Shown here: positions 18,069 to 28,041 of the stretch, piece after piece
Numbering within the stretch: position 1 is the stretch's first letter
How the letters are laid out: every line of letters begins with the position of its first letter
Notes under the pieces: generated by a model
What the model saw: the letters and a program-made list of their open reading frames with translations, nothing else
Database searches by the model: none
Told to the model about the DNA's origin: nothing
Assembly (NCBI GenBank): GCA_964480515.1
Contig: CAYZOT010000010.1
Location: forward strand, 32,634-96,633
Origin: an uncultured Gemmatimonadota bacterium
GTDB taxonomy: Bacteria > Gemmatimonadota > Gemmatimonadetes > Palauibacterales > Palauibacteraceae
Direction: 5' to 3'
Length of the DNA stretch: 64,000 nt
Made by a program: the position numbers and the translations under genes

Positions 18069-19814
18069 CTATAAAGAAGACCTCGCCGCCGCTTGTGCGC
18101 ACTGGACCGTGGTCTCCCGATGGTCCCAATTCTCGTATCTATCGACCTGCGCCTCTACAATCTTAAGCCCCGGCACTTCTGGTTTTTTGAGTTCTTGGCG
18201 TAACTCATCAATAGATGCGACGAGACTGTGGGGGATTCCAGCCGCAGCGGCAACACCAGACAACTCAACCTGTTGCGGCATTACCAGGTACGGCGTGAAG
18301 GGAGGGTCGTACTCCCGAATTGGGAGCATGTGGAATATGCCTCCGCCCCGATTTTGGACTACGATGAGTTGCAGCGTAACCGAGATAGCTCTGTCAGCAA
18401 GAAGCGCACCTACATCGTGAAGTAGTGTTAGATCTCCGATCAAGGCCACAGCTGGTTTCCCGCGCGCGATCGCAGCACCAATGGCGCCACTAACATTCCC
18501 GTCTATCCCGCTTGCGCCCCTGAATCCTATGGTTTTTAAGGACCGTTCTCGAACTCCCGCGAACGCATCGACATCTCGAATCGGCATTGAGTTTCCGATG
18601 AACCATGTTGAGTCGGGTGATAGACCGTCAGCGATCGTAGCCGCGATTGCTCCTTCGAACCATGTTTGGTCTAACGTCGGAGCGACGGCTGCTGCCGTAG
18701 CAACGTCGACACGTCGCCATTGATCAAGCCACCCGTGACCGGTGTCGGCGGCAACGATATTAGCCGCAGCTCTAAGTGTCGTTGTGGGATCGGCCACCAC
18801 ATAGTGGGTCGCCGTGGTCAGGTGGTCTTTCCACAAGTCGCTTCCATCTAACACAATTTGCCGAGCACTCGCATGCCTTTTGAGGAAACGGAGAGTCGAA
18901 GCTGAGGTCGGAGCCCGACCTACCCTAACAATCACGTCAGGGCTCAATGCAGCCGCGACTTCTTCATCAGAGAGGCTCAAGTCGGCGTATCCCATAGTCG
19001 TCCCGGTCGCCTTGGGTGCGAAACGAGTGCCCGAGAGAGGATCGCCGACTACAGGACTTCCTAAAGCAGCTGCGAGTGTAAGTGCCGATCGCCCAATCGC
19101 CGAATCATGATTGGGTCCACAAACGATGAGTGGCCGTGTAGCACCATCGATCAACTTGGCTAGCTCATCGCCTGATTCGCAGCCGCGCCGTGCTTCAACC
19201 CGACGGACATTTCCTTTCAACAATATTTCCGGGTTTTGAGAAATCGAAGAGATGTCTCCCGGGATCATCGTCGGATCAAGTGGCTTTTCAAACTGCACAT
19301 TAACCTGTACTGGACCACGCGGATTTCCGACTGCCGCAACCCAAGCCCGTCGCGCAGCGTCGCGAAGGTTATCCAGAGCATCTAGCGTAAGTTGTGGAGT
19401 AGAAAGATCGAGTGCGAGCCGCGGATACTGACCAAACAGGTCTACCTGGTCGATGGTCTGATTAGCATCACAGCCGCGGAGACTCGCTGGTCGATCAGCT
19501 GTCACCAACAACAACGGAATACCACTTTGGCTTGCTTCAACAACAGCTGGGAACAAGTTCGCTGCAGCCGTACCTGAAGTTGTCACTACTGCGGCCGGCC
19601 GGCCGGTCGCTGCTCCGATTCCGAGAGCTAAAAATGCGGCTGAACGCTCATCTACATGCGGGTGGATCCTAAACCGCTCATCCCTTGAGAACGCTTCGAC
19701 CAAAGGAGCGGATCGAGACCCTGATCCTACACAAACTTCAGTTACACCGAGATTCGCCCATTCGTCGGCGAGCGATCGTGCCCATAAGACATTCCGATTG
19801 GGTACGTCAGTCAC
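18069..19814 (-). CDS. menD: 2-succinyl-5-enolpyruvyl-6-hydroxy-3-cyclohexene-1-carboxylate synthase (ThDP-dependent).
   Basis: ThDP-binding GDLTLLHD motif, ~580 aa, in men operon context. Confidence 0.8.
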   Translation of the reverse strand: MTDVPNRNVLWARSLADEWANLGVTEVCVGSGSRSAPLVEAFSRDERFRIHPHVDERSAAFLALGIGAATGRPAAVVTTSGTAAANLFPAVVEASQSGIPLLLVTADRPASLRGCDANQTIDQVDLFGQYPRLALDLSTPQLTLDALDNLRDAARRAWVAAVGNPRGPVQVNVQFEKPLDPTMIPGDISSISQNPEILLKGNVRRVEARRGCESGDELAKLIDGATRPLIVCGPNHDSAIGRSALTLAAALGSPVVGDPLSGTRFAPKATGTTMGYADLSLSDEEVAAALSPDVIVRVGRAPTSASTLRFLKRHASARQIVLDGSDLWKDHLTTATHYVVADPTTTLRAAANIVAADTGHGWLDQWRRVDVATAAAVAPTLDQTWFEGAIAATIADGLSPDSTWFIGNSMPIRDVDAFAGVRERSLKTIGFRGASGIDGNVSGAIGAAIARGKPAVALIGDLTLLHDVGALLADRAISVTLQLIVVQNRGGGIFHMLPIREYDPPFTPYLVMPQQVELSGVAAAAGIPHSLVASIDELRQELKKPEVPGLKIVEAQVDRYENWDHRETTVQCAQAAARSSL

Positions 19815-21232
19815 GGTAGGCGCGCCACGCCTAAAGCGTCTAACATCGTCTGAAATTTGACTCGTGTCTCATCCCATTCGGCGAGAGGTCGCGAGCCTGA
19901 TACGATACCAGAACCGGCGAAAAGGCGAAGTAACGGACCACGACACACCGCTGACCTAAGAGCTGGTGCAAACTCGCCATTCCCTGCTACGTCAAACCAC
20001 CCAACTGGGCCCGCATACCATCCGCGACCAACCAACTCTTCTTCATTCAAAAGATCCAATGCAACCGTTCCCGGCTCTCCACATACGGCCGCTGTTGGAT
20101 GAAGGGCTTCTACCAACGAGATGATGCTAGTCTCAGAGGGCACTGACGCGTGCAAGTCGGTTCGAAGGTGTTGGATTCTTGGTAGTCGGAGGAGGGCAGG
20201 AGCAGGCAACTCTTCCACATGAATTCCAACCTCAGATAAGTGCTTAACGATATCTTCTACCACGATCGTGTGTTCAACTCGGTTCTTATGACTGCCTAAC
20301 AGTTGTCGGCCGAGCCACCCATCAGATTCAGGGTCAGCCCCACGTGGTGTCGATCCTCCAACAGCCATCGTGTGGAACACATCGTCATGGAGTGAACAAA
20401 TGAGTTCGGGGGCAGCTCCCAATAAAAACTGATCCCGTGCAAACTGCCTTAGATACACGTGCGATAAGGGATTCGCGGTTCGAAGTGCAGCGAGGACACT
20501 CACCGAATCAGGGACCTCGGCCAATGTGACGTCCAGTGGGCGTGCCAATACAACCTTACGGACGTTCCCTTCGGCGATTTCTTTCAAAATGCGGTTTACC
20601 CCCCGTGACCAAAATTCAGCCACAACCGGTTCTGCAAGGTCTGTAGCCGAGGGTACGGAACTGGAGACGCCCCCTTTCCTCTCCAACTCAAGGAGCTGTT
20701 CCCTAGTTTTAGATGCACGATGCCGAAGAACACCGATCGCCTGATCTCGTGGCATGTCTTCAGGAAACTTCCGTGTGACAGTGAGACGAGCACCACTACC
20801 ATCTGCCTCTACTTCAAACGCAGGAAGGGTGAACCGTGCCTCCGGAAAAACCTCCCAGAACCCGGGCTCAGCATCGTCAGGAGTACAGCGATCGAACGCC
20901 ATTCCTCCATGAAGTCGCGGCCGATACAAGTCGCCATCGCGATCTGACACCCAGTTGGTCCCATATAACTTCTCGGCACTCTCGCTCAGCCATTGGAACA
21001 ACGTGCTCTGCGTACCATGGTAGCGTTCTCGGCTATCGATCTCCGCCACGGAACCCACGTACGCAATCCAATGTGGACCACTCTGCCAGAATCCACGGAC
21101 GCCAGATGGAGTGCTTGCAAGAACAGTTTCAGGTTCAAGACTGCTTAACTGTACTGTGACGCTGGCGAAGAACGACCCGTTCAAGCCTGTCGTAGCAAGT
21201 GTCTGCTCCTTCGTGGACTCTGAGGTTCTCAC
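19811..21232 (-). CDS. menF: Isochorismate synthase.
   Basis: Chorismate-binding enzyme core (GSTPRG...AGPVGWF). It overlaps the menD start by 4 nt. Confidence 0.75.
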   Translation of the reverse strand: MRTSESTKEQTLATTGLNGSFFASVTVQLSSLEPETVLASTPSGVRGFWQSGPHWIAYVGSVAEIDSRERYHGTQSTLFQWLSESAEKLYGTNWVSDRDGDLYRPRLHGGMAFDRCTPDDAEPGFWEVFPEARFTLPAFEVEADGSGARLTVTRKFPEDMPRDQAIGVLRHRASKTREQLLELERKGGVSSSVPSATDLAEPVVAEFWSRGVNRILKEIAEGNVRKVVLARPLDVTLAEVPDSVSVLAALRTANPLSHVYLRQFARDQFLLGAAPELICSLHDDVFHTMAVGGSTPRGADPESDGWLGRQLLGSHKNRVEHTIVVEDIVKHLSEVGIHVEELPAPALLRLPRIQHLRTDLHASVPSETSIISLVEALHPTAAVCGEPGTVALDLLNEEELVGRGWYAGPVGWFDVAGNGEFAPALRSAVCRGPLLRLFAGSGIVSGSRPLAEWDETRVKFQTMLDALGVARLP

Positions 21233-22155
21233 GAGACACTCGAGGCAGTCGACGCAACCCGGTGTGTGATCGCGTGCAATTCAGCTGTCGCTTCAGGGCT
21301 TTTCGCATAACCGCCAGAGAGCAACAGTGTCATCGGAACATCCCAATCTCTTGTCATATCGATTACGATGCGTTCCCTCATTTCAAGCCCGGTTAGCGTC
21401 AATGAAAGTCGACCGAACCGATCCCCCTCCATAACATCAACACCAGCAAGATAGAACACGAGATCGGGTTGGGCCTGTTCGAACGCCTCCGGCAGGTATC
21501 GGTTCAAGGCATCTATATAGATGCTGTCACCTGTACCGTCGGGAAGCCCCACATCTAAGTCTGATTGAGTCTTTGGAAACGGATAATTCCCCTCTCCATG
21601 CATTGAGAACGTGAACGTGTCAGGGTCTGTCGCAAAAACTGCCGCCGTACCATTTCCTTGGTGAACATCAAGATCGATTACCAGAGCTCTTCCAATCCAG
21701 CCACCGCGTCTTAGTGTTCGCACGGCAACTCCAATATCGTTAAGCACACAAAAACCCTCTCCGTGATCAGGAAACGCATGGTGTGTTCCACCAGCGAGAT
21801 TGGCAGCCACACCATCTTCAAGCGCCATCCAAGCTGCGTTTAGTGTCCCGCGCACGGCTAGACGTGATCGGCGAACTAAGGCCAGAGACCACGGAAGTCC
21901 AAGTCTGCGTATCTCCGTACGTTCGAAAGACCCTGTCTGGAGCTTTTGGAGGTAACTCGGAGTATGTGCAAGAGCGAGATCAGACCAGCTGGCCTCTTGG
22001 GGCTCGACAATATCACCAGCAGTAATCAGCCCATCACGTTCAAGAATTTGGCGAAGAGCGAGGAACTTGCCCATCGGGAATGCATGCCCGTCTGGTAGTG
22101 GAATCTCATAGCCCGGCGAGTAACTCACTCTCAAACTGTCATCTCGACGGTACAA
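21229..22155 (-). CDS. Histone-deacetylase-family protein (AcuC/HDAC-like, arginase-deacetylase fold).
   Basis: HHAFPDHGEGFCVLNDIGVA and DLDVHQGNG motifs. Its stop overlaps the menF start (ATGA). Confidence 0.7.
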   Translation of the reverse strand: MYRRDDSLRVSYSPGYEIPLPDGHAFPMGKFLALRQILERDGLITAGDIVEPQEASWSDLALAHTPSYLQKLQTGSFERTEIRRLGLPWSLALVRRSRLAVRGTLNAAWMALEDGVAANLAGGTHHAFPDHGEGFCVLNDIGVAVRTLRRGGWIGRALVIDLDVHQGNGTAAVFATDPDTFTFSMHGEGNYPFPKTQSDLDVGLPDGTGDSIYIDALNRYLPEAFEQAQPDLVFYLAGVDVMEGDRFGRLSLTLTGLEMRERIVIDMTRDWDVPMTLLLSGGYAKSPEATAELHAITHRVASTASSVS

Positions 22156-22161
22156 ACAAAA

Positions 22162-24210
22162 TCAGAACAATCGCAGCTGAAACCGAAACAACCGACCCGG
22201 CTGAGGAAGGCCGCATTGATCGAATACGACAGCATCGGTCACGTTATCAAAAGAAATTGATGCCTGCACAGCGCGGAACCAACCACCTAAGCTCCATTCT
22301 CGGCTCACGAGCAGATCAAGGCGTTCCGTTCTGGGAAGGGCGGTATCCATCTCTCGTTCCGGATTCACACAAAACTGACGGCCAACGAGATCGACACTTG
22401 CCCTTCCTCTAAACCCGGCGAGTAATGGGGCAGCCAAGTGAACGGACCCAAAAAGTTCAGGCTGATACTCCGCACGAGGCTTACGAAGAGGGTTCGCCTC
22501 ATCAGTCAAACGAATATTTTGCCAGGTAACGTTTCCACCCAACTCCGCCGCACTCCAGCTTACCGTGCCCAAGAGTTCAAGCCCCGTAGCCCTCACACGA
22601 TTACGATTTTGACGCTGGAACCGCCCATCCCCAAGGCCCCTCCTTACAATAGCATCCGAGAAGCGTTGATCGAAGATAACTGCTTGGGCCTCGAGCCTAC
22701 CCCCTAGTCCAACCCCCGTACCCGTAAGACCCGCTTCGAGTGCACCGAGAACCTCCGGTTTAAGATCGGGATTGGGAACGAACCGGCCGAGAGCGCCTGA
22801 ATAGAGTTCCCGTAACGACGGGAAGCGGACCTTTCGGCTCATGCCTACGTGAAGACGGGTTGCATCCCCCAACCAAGCGGACCCACCTACACGTGCCCCC
22901 CAATCGTTGATCGGATTTCGAGAGGGTCTGCCACCAGTCTCAGGTGTACTGGCGCCATCGAAACTCACCCCTGCGCTCAGGTTTGCGCGCGACCAAAAGC
23001 CCGACCCGGACTCAGCCACGGGCAATTCAACCTCTGCTCCGAGACTGAAGAGTTGTTGTCTGAATGCCGAGAGGCTTTCACTCGGATCAATCTGTTCGAT
23101 GTGTCGTGTGGCCGCCCAGGTAAACGCAGTTCGAAAGATTCCCGACCCAATTTCATGATCCGATAGCACCCGAAGCGTAAAGGTTCGGTCGTCGGCGAAT
23201 TCCTGTTCAGTAACTGTTTGATACGCCAACGTTTCAAACTCATCGATCTGACTTTCGCCCAGATCGATGCCTAGGCTGACCTCAAAATCTCCTGTTCCAA
23301 ACGGGGTTCTACCCCATGCGGTGCCCGCTGATAACGCAGTCAGAAAGCGCTTGGTATCGGGAATACGCCAACGTCGAGGTTGAAGGACATGAAGCTCGGG
23401 CGGCACCCCTTTTTCTGCCTGATAGCCAAAAGTTGACAGTGAAATCCATGCCCCTGACGCTGTCTCGTAGCGACCTGTCAGGAAAGCACTTGAGTGCTCC
23501 AGGTCACTGTTGAGCTGTGTGCCCACTCTTGAAGCGGCTGATTGGGTGACACCTCTCGGCATCGGGACGCCATCTCGTGACCGGGTTCCACCTCCAGCCT
23601 GTAGCGAGACCCCCCCATTCTCAAATCTCCAGGCTCCTCCAATCCGACCTCCAAGAACAGTACCACCAGTCTCATCAACCGCGGCCTGAAACCCGTTCAG
23701 TCGCGCATCGAGGTCCACGTCTTCCCGCGCTATATCGATCGCCACAACTCCACCTAGGACATTGGGCCCATGGAGAACGGAAGAGATTCCACGGAAAAAT
23801 TGCACCTCACGGGCTGCGTCTACAGGAATCAACGATAAATCGCTTCGGGCATCCCACCCAAGAGTAAGAGGAATCCCATCTACCAGGACCGCAACCTGGC
23901 GGCTTTCCGTTCCTCGAAGCGTCAACTGTGCTTCGCCCCGGGAGTTTGTGCGGACTTGTACAAACGGTAACTCGCGCAGCGCTTGAGCGAGCAGGGGCAC
24001 GGCCTGGACACGGGGAGATTGGAGGTCCAGGCGTACCGCACTCCCTCCCGATGTGCTAGCGACCGGACGCGTAGCCCGGACGCGTAGCTCCTGCATCTGG
24101 AAAACGGTCGTGTCACTTGGCAGGGTATCCTGAACCTGACCAAGCATACCAATCGCTCCAATCATCAACCCTAAAACGGCCAATAAATAGGCTTTTAGCC
24201 AACGAATCAT
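22162..24210 (-). CDS. TonB-dependent outer-membrane receptor.
   Basis: Plug-domain motif LTLRGTESRQVAVLVDGIPL and a C-terminal aromatic terminus (QLRLF). The likely start is ATG 24210 (MIRWLKAYLLAVLG signal), which overlaps the lnt stop. Confidence 0.75.
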   Translation of the reverse strand: MIRWLKAYLLAVLGLMIGAIGMLGQVQDTLPSDTTVFQMQELRVRATRPVASTSGGSAVRLDLQSPRVQAVPLLAQALRELPFVQVRTNSRGEAQLTLRGTESRQVAVLVDGIPLTLGWDARSDLSLIPVDAAREVQFFRGISSVLHGPNVLGGVVAIDIAREDVDLDARLNGFQAAVDETGGTVLGGRIGGAWRFENGGVSLQAGGGTRSRDGVPMPRGVTQSAASRVGTQLNSDLEHSSAFLTGRYETASGAWISLSTFGYQAEKGVPPELHVLQPRRWRIPDTKRFLTALSAGTAWGRTPFGTGDFEVSLGIDLGESQIDEFETLAYQTVTEQEFADDRTFTLRVLSDHEIGSGIFRTAFTWAATRHIEQIDPSESLSAFRQQLFSLGAEVELPVAESGSGFWSRANLSAGVSFDGASTPETGGRPSRNPINDWGARVGGSAWLGDATRLHVGMSRKVRFPSLRELYSGALGRFVPNPDLKPEVLGALEAGLTGTGVGLGGRLEAQAVIFDQRFSDAIVRRGLGDGRFQRQNRNRVRATGLELLGTVSWSAAELGGNVTWQNIRLTDEANPLRKPRAEYQPELFGSVHLAAPLLAGFRGRASVDLVGRQFCVNPEREMDTALPRTERLDLLVSREWSLGGWFRAVQASISFDNVTDAVVFDQCGLPQPGRLFRFQLRLF

Positions 24211-25865
24211 GCCTCTATCCCAGCATCTGACTTCCTGGCAGCTGAAATAGAGACACAAAGGGAAAAAATCGCTGCAATCATCGCTCCAGTCCCCGCTACA
24301 TCACCGTATTTGACAAAGAGCGTTTCTACATCGGTAGTATAAACATCAGCAACAAAGGCCGCCGACCTGAACAACTCCGTCTCATGGGATACTCGCCCCA
24401 GTGGATCCACGATTTCAGAAATTCCCGTATTTGATGAGCGAGCAACCCCCATACGAGTCTCAATTGCTCGCATCACAAGATGTGCAGGGTGTTGTGATAA
24501 ACCACTTGATCGACTCCACCATACCTCACGTCCAAACCACGAATCGTTAGTAATATTGACAAGAAAATCAGCGCCGTTTCGACGATAGTGACGGGCCAGT
24601 GGTGAAAAAATGGACTCGTAGCAGATCATTGTCCCAAAAGATGCTGGTCCACGCTCCGCATCGATTTCAATTGGTAATACCAGATCTCCCACACCAAACG
24701 AGCCACTCATGTAAGGGATCCCAGCAAGCCATTCTGGCGGGATGAATGGCACTCGCTCAACCATCGGGACCAAAAAGCGTTTGTCATATTGCGAGACCCT
24801 GCCCCGTTCCGGATGAAAGTGAAAAGCCGAATTAAAAGGAACAAAGTTGGCGTTCAGTTGGTTTTTAACACCTAGCGCCCCGACAACAACATCTGCGTCG
24901 AGGGACTCTGCGAGAGAAGTCACCCAATAGTCCACCGCGGGACTACCCGCGAAGCCAAACGAGGGAATCGGATCTAGGTACACCTGAAGCATCGTTTCGG
25001 GAAACAACACCAAGTCGAGGGACTCTTTCTCAATCCACGGCCTCACTAAGGCCTCACTGGCTCGCAACGCACTATCCGTCGCAACGGCTGGATCTTCAAG
25101 TTTGATGTGTTGTGGCACATTAGGTTGCACCACACCTACGCTCGCTACTGGGCGCAGTTCAAGATTCCTTGACCGAATCAGTGAATATCCGATCGCAAGA
25201 GTGAAGGTCAACGCAAGCGCCAGAGCTGGTCGCAGTAACCGGCCAATTCCACCTGACCGATACGCCAGGAATCCAAGGGCAACGAGGGTATTGATCAGTG
25301 CCAACCAAAGCGAGAGTCCACGTGATCCAACAAGATCTGCCGCACCAATGAGCCACGGGTAATTCGTAAGCGTGTCTCCGAGTTGCATCCAAGGGAAGGC
25401 TATTTGTGGAAGTGAAGCTCGGAGCCACTCGTTGGCCGTCCAAAATATCGGAAATACGGCCCAAATCGGCCATCTCAATCGTACCCGAACTGAATGAACG
25501 GCTGCCACCATCCCTGACATGAAAAAAGAGAGGATGATGATCGGAGCCAGGAAAGCGAATAGTGCCATCCAAGTGTAAAAGATCAACGCAACTAATAACC
25601 AATGAAATACCAGGGTATAGTAGACGAGACCAAAAAAGAATCCGCCAATCCGAGCCTGTCGGTGGCTTTCTGCCGTATCAGGAAGTTCCTCGAGCCACAC
25701 AATTAAGGGGACGAGTGCCACAAAAGAAGGGACCAAAAGGTGAAACGGAGGATGGGCCAAACCCATGAGAGTGCCGGCGATAAGAAGATACACAGACCGG
25801 TCCGGTAATAGTCTCTCTCTCCAACCCTTCACTCGGCGTTCTCCAAGGCAGCATCGAGTGCGCAC
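24207..25865 (-). CDS. lnt: Apolipoprotein N-acyltransferase.
   Basis: Multi-TM N-terminal domain plus a CN-hydrolase domain (MICYESIFSP...NITNDSWFG). Confidence 0.8.
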   Translation of the reverse strand: MRTRCCLGERRVKGWRERLLPDRSVYLLIAGTLMGLAHPPFHLLVPSFVALVPLIVWLEELPDTAESHRQARIGGFFFGLVYYTLVFHWLLVALIFYTWMALFAFLAPIIILSFFMSGMVAAVHSVRVRLRWPIWAVFPIFWTANEWLRASLPQIAFPWMQLGDTLTNYPWLIGAADLVGSRGLSLWLALINTLVALGFLAYRSGGIGRLLRPALALALTFTLAIGYSLIRSRNLELRPVASVGVVQPNVPQHIKLEDPAVATDSALRASEALVRPWIEKESLDLVLFPETMLQVYLDPIPSFGFAGSPAVDYWVTSLAESLDADVVVGALGVKNQLNANFVPFNSAFHFHPERGRVSQYDKRFLVPMVERVPFIPPEWLAGIPYMSGSFGVGDLVLPIEIDAERGPASFGTMICYESIFSPLARHYRRNGADFLVNITNDSWFGREVWWSRSSGLSQHPAHLVMRAIETRMGVARSSNTGISEIVDPLGRVSHETELFRSAAFVADVYTTDVETLFVKYGDVAGTGAMIAAIFSLCVSISAARKSDAGIEA

Positions 25866-27133
25866 TCAACCACACCCAAAGTCTCTTCAAGGTCCTTTTC
25901 CGTGTGGGCCGTCGAGACAAAACCCACCTCAAACGCCGACGGCGCGAAAAACACACCATCGTCAAGACATGATTGGTAGTAGCGACGAAAGAGTTCAAGG
26001 TCAGAGGCCTGTGCGTCTGTGAAGTTGTGCACGGGCCCATCGGTGAAGAACACACCCCACATCGAACCAATCGCGTGCCCACATGCAGGGATATTCCGTT
26101 TCTCCGCAGCGGCCAGAATACGTTTGACTAGCTGGTTTGCGATGGCTTCAAGATTCGCAAAAGGATCTATCCGTTCAAGCTCGTCAAGTTGTGCGAGACC
26201 TGCAGCCATACCCAACGGATTCCCGGATAGCGTCCCTGCCTGATATACTGGCCCAGTCGGCGCAATCCACTCCAACAAATCTCGGCTCCCCCCATAGGCC
26301 GCGACGGGCAAACCGCCGCCAACCACTTTACCGAGGGTAGTCAGATCGGGCACAATCCCAAATCTTTCCTGAGCACCTCCCCGTGCCACCCGAAACCCAG
26401 TCATTACTTCATCGAAGATCAAAAGTGTTCCTTCCCGCGTACAGCACTCTCGCAGGCCAGACAAGAAGCCATCTCTTGGTAAGATCAGGCCTGAATTCCC
26501 CATTACCGGTTCAACAATAACTGCTGCAATTTGCCCGCGGTGGCGCTTAAAAGAAGCCTCCACCGCTTCGCAATCGTTGTAGGGCACTACTACGGTAAGC
26601 GCAGAAACGACTTCGGGAACACCAGGGGAGTCGGGAAGAGCGAGCGTTGCAACACCTGAGCCGGCAGCCACCAGAAAAGAATCTGCATGGCCATGGTAGC
26701 AACCCTCAAACTTAAGAATCAGGTTTCGGCCTGTCGCGGCTCGCGCAAGCCGAATCGCGGACATCGTCGCCTCAGTCCCACTGTTCACAAAACGGACCAT
26801 TTCTAGACCTGGAACCCACTCAACAACGCGCTCGGCCAGTTCAACTTCCCGCTCATGACAGGCACCAAAACTCATACCTTCAAAAGCCGCCTCCGTTACC
26901 GCCAAAGTGACTCGAGGGTGGGCATGCCCAAGGATTAATGGGCCCCATGACAGGACGTAATCTATGTACCCACGGTCATCAATATCGAAGATCCGGGAGC
27001 CCTCTCCCCGTGAGATAAAGAGAGGGTCGAGCCCAACAGAACGAAAGGCGCGAACCGGCGAGTTCACACCTCCCGGCATCACACACCGTGCCCGATTCAC
27101 CAGATCGGCAGCACGTGCAACCTTTTGACTCAC
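25829..27133 (-). CDS. hemL: Glutamate-1-semialdehyde 2,1-aminomutase.
   Basis: VNSPVRAF and class III aminotransferase motifs (VMTGFR). Confidence 0.9.
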   Translation of the reverse strand: MSQKVARAADLVNRARCVMPGGVNSPVRAFRSVGLDPLFISRGEGSRIFDIDDRGYIDYVLSWGPLILGHAHPRVTLAVTEAAFEGMSFGACHEREVELAERVVEWVPGLEMVRFVNSGTEATMSAIRLARAATGRNLILKFEGCYHGHADSFLVAAGSGVATLALPDSPGVPEVVSALTVVVPYNDCEAVEASFKRHRGQIAAVIVEPVMGNSGLILPRDGFLSGLRECCTREGTLLIFDEVMTGFRVARGGAQERFGIVPDLTTLGKVVGGGLPVAAYGGSRDLLEWIAPTGPVYQAGTLSGNPLGMAAGLAQLDELERIDPFANLEAIANQLVKRILAAAEKRNIPACGHAIGSMWGVFFTDGPVHNFTDAQASDLELFRRYYQSCLDDGVFFAPSAFEVGFVSTAHTEKDLEETLGVVECALDAALENAE

Positions 27134-27230
27134 GCGCCTACCGTACCGTCGAACGGAAGAAGGTTTTATCGCTGGTCACCAAAGTGCTCCATCAGAATCA
27201 GTGACACCCATCTCACAGAGTTGCTGACCA

Positions 27231-28037
27231 TCATTGTCCACATTGCTCATCAGTCGAGAAAATTATGGCGTCGGGCGGACGGCTGAACCGAAACAGGGAA
27301 TCTGCCAGTACAATTTCGGGTTCCAGGTTTGACAATGTGACTGTGCGAACGGTCTCATTCTCTTCCTGAATCTGGAACCGTCTCACTAAGCCATCCGAAT
27401 CTGCAATCCAAACAATCACATTTAGGTACCGTGAAGGACCTTTCGGAGTTAGCGACACGAGGTGTGTGGAAACACCAGCCACATCTTCCAGCCCCATGTA
27501 TGAACCCGTGTAGTTTATGCGAGCTTCGGACAAAAGTCGGCCCAAAATATCCACACTACCAACCTCTACGCCGTGACCAAGCGCTGAACTGACAACTTGG
27601 TCCGGTCGAACGGATGGCTCAAACTGCCAAAGGCAAGTTCCGTCAGCAATCAGAATGTCGTCCGGTGGATCCTCGAAATCCATCCGAAAATTCCCGCGAC
27701 CGCGCTGTGACCAGACACCTCGTCCTTCTTTACTGCGATTGAGGAGTGGGACATCGATACGCTGTACGAATCTGGCTCGGAGTGAACCCAGACGAGCGTA
27801 CTTCACATCGGCAGATGCTAATAACGAGTCCACATCAATCTCTTGGTTATGCCGCCGAGTCAACGCAGGGCCACTCCCAGTCGTTGGTATCTGATCAATC
27901 TCAAAAGAAGCGTTAGGATTAGCCTCAAGTTGGGAAACACCAGCACCAATAAACATTCCCACAAAGAGAAAGAGTACTGCCGGAGAATCACACACACTCC
28001 GACACCAATACCGGGTCAATCGACTTGCGCGCCTCAT
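27231..28037 (-). CDS. lolA: LolA-like outer-membrane lipoprotein carrier protein.
   Basis: Located directly downstream of ftsK (conserved synteny). Contains a LolA-like RARFVQ...GVW motif and an N-terminal signal. The start may instead be the internal ATG at 27956. Confidence 0.55.
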   Translation of the reverse strand: MRRASRLTRYWCRSVCDSPAVLFLFVGMFIGAGVSQLEANPNASFEIDQIPTTGSGPALTRRHNQEIDVDSLLASADVKYARLGSLRARFVQRIDVPLLNRSKEGRGVWSQRGRGNFRMDFEDPPDDILIADGTCLWQFEPSVRPDQVVSSALGHGVEVGSVDILGRLLSEARINYTGSYMGLEDVAGVSTHLVSLTPKGPSRYLNVIVWIADSDGLVRRFQIQEENETVRTVTLSNLEPEIVLADSLFRFSRPPDAIIFSTDEQCGQ

Positions 28038-28041
28038 TAGA

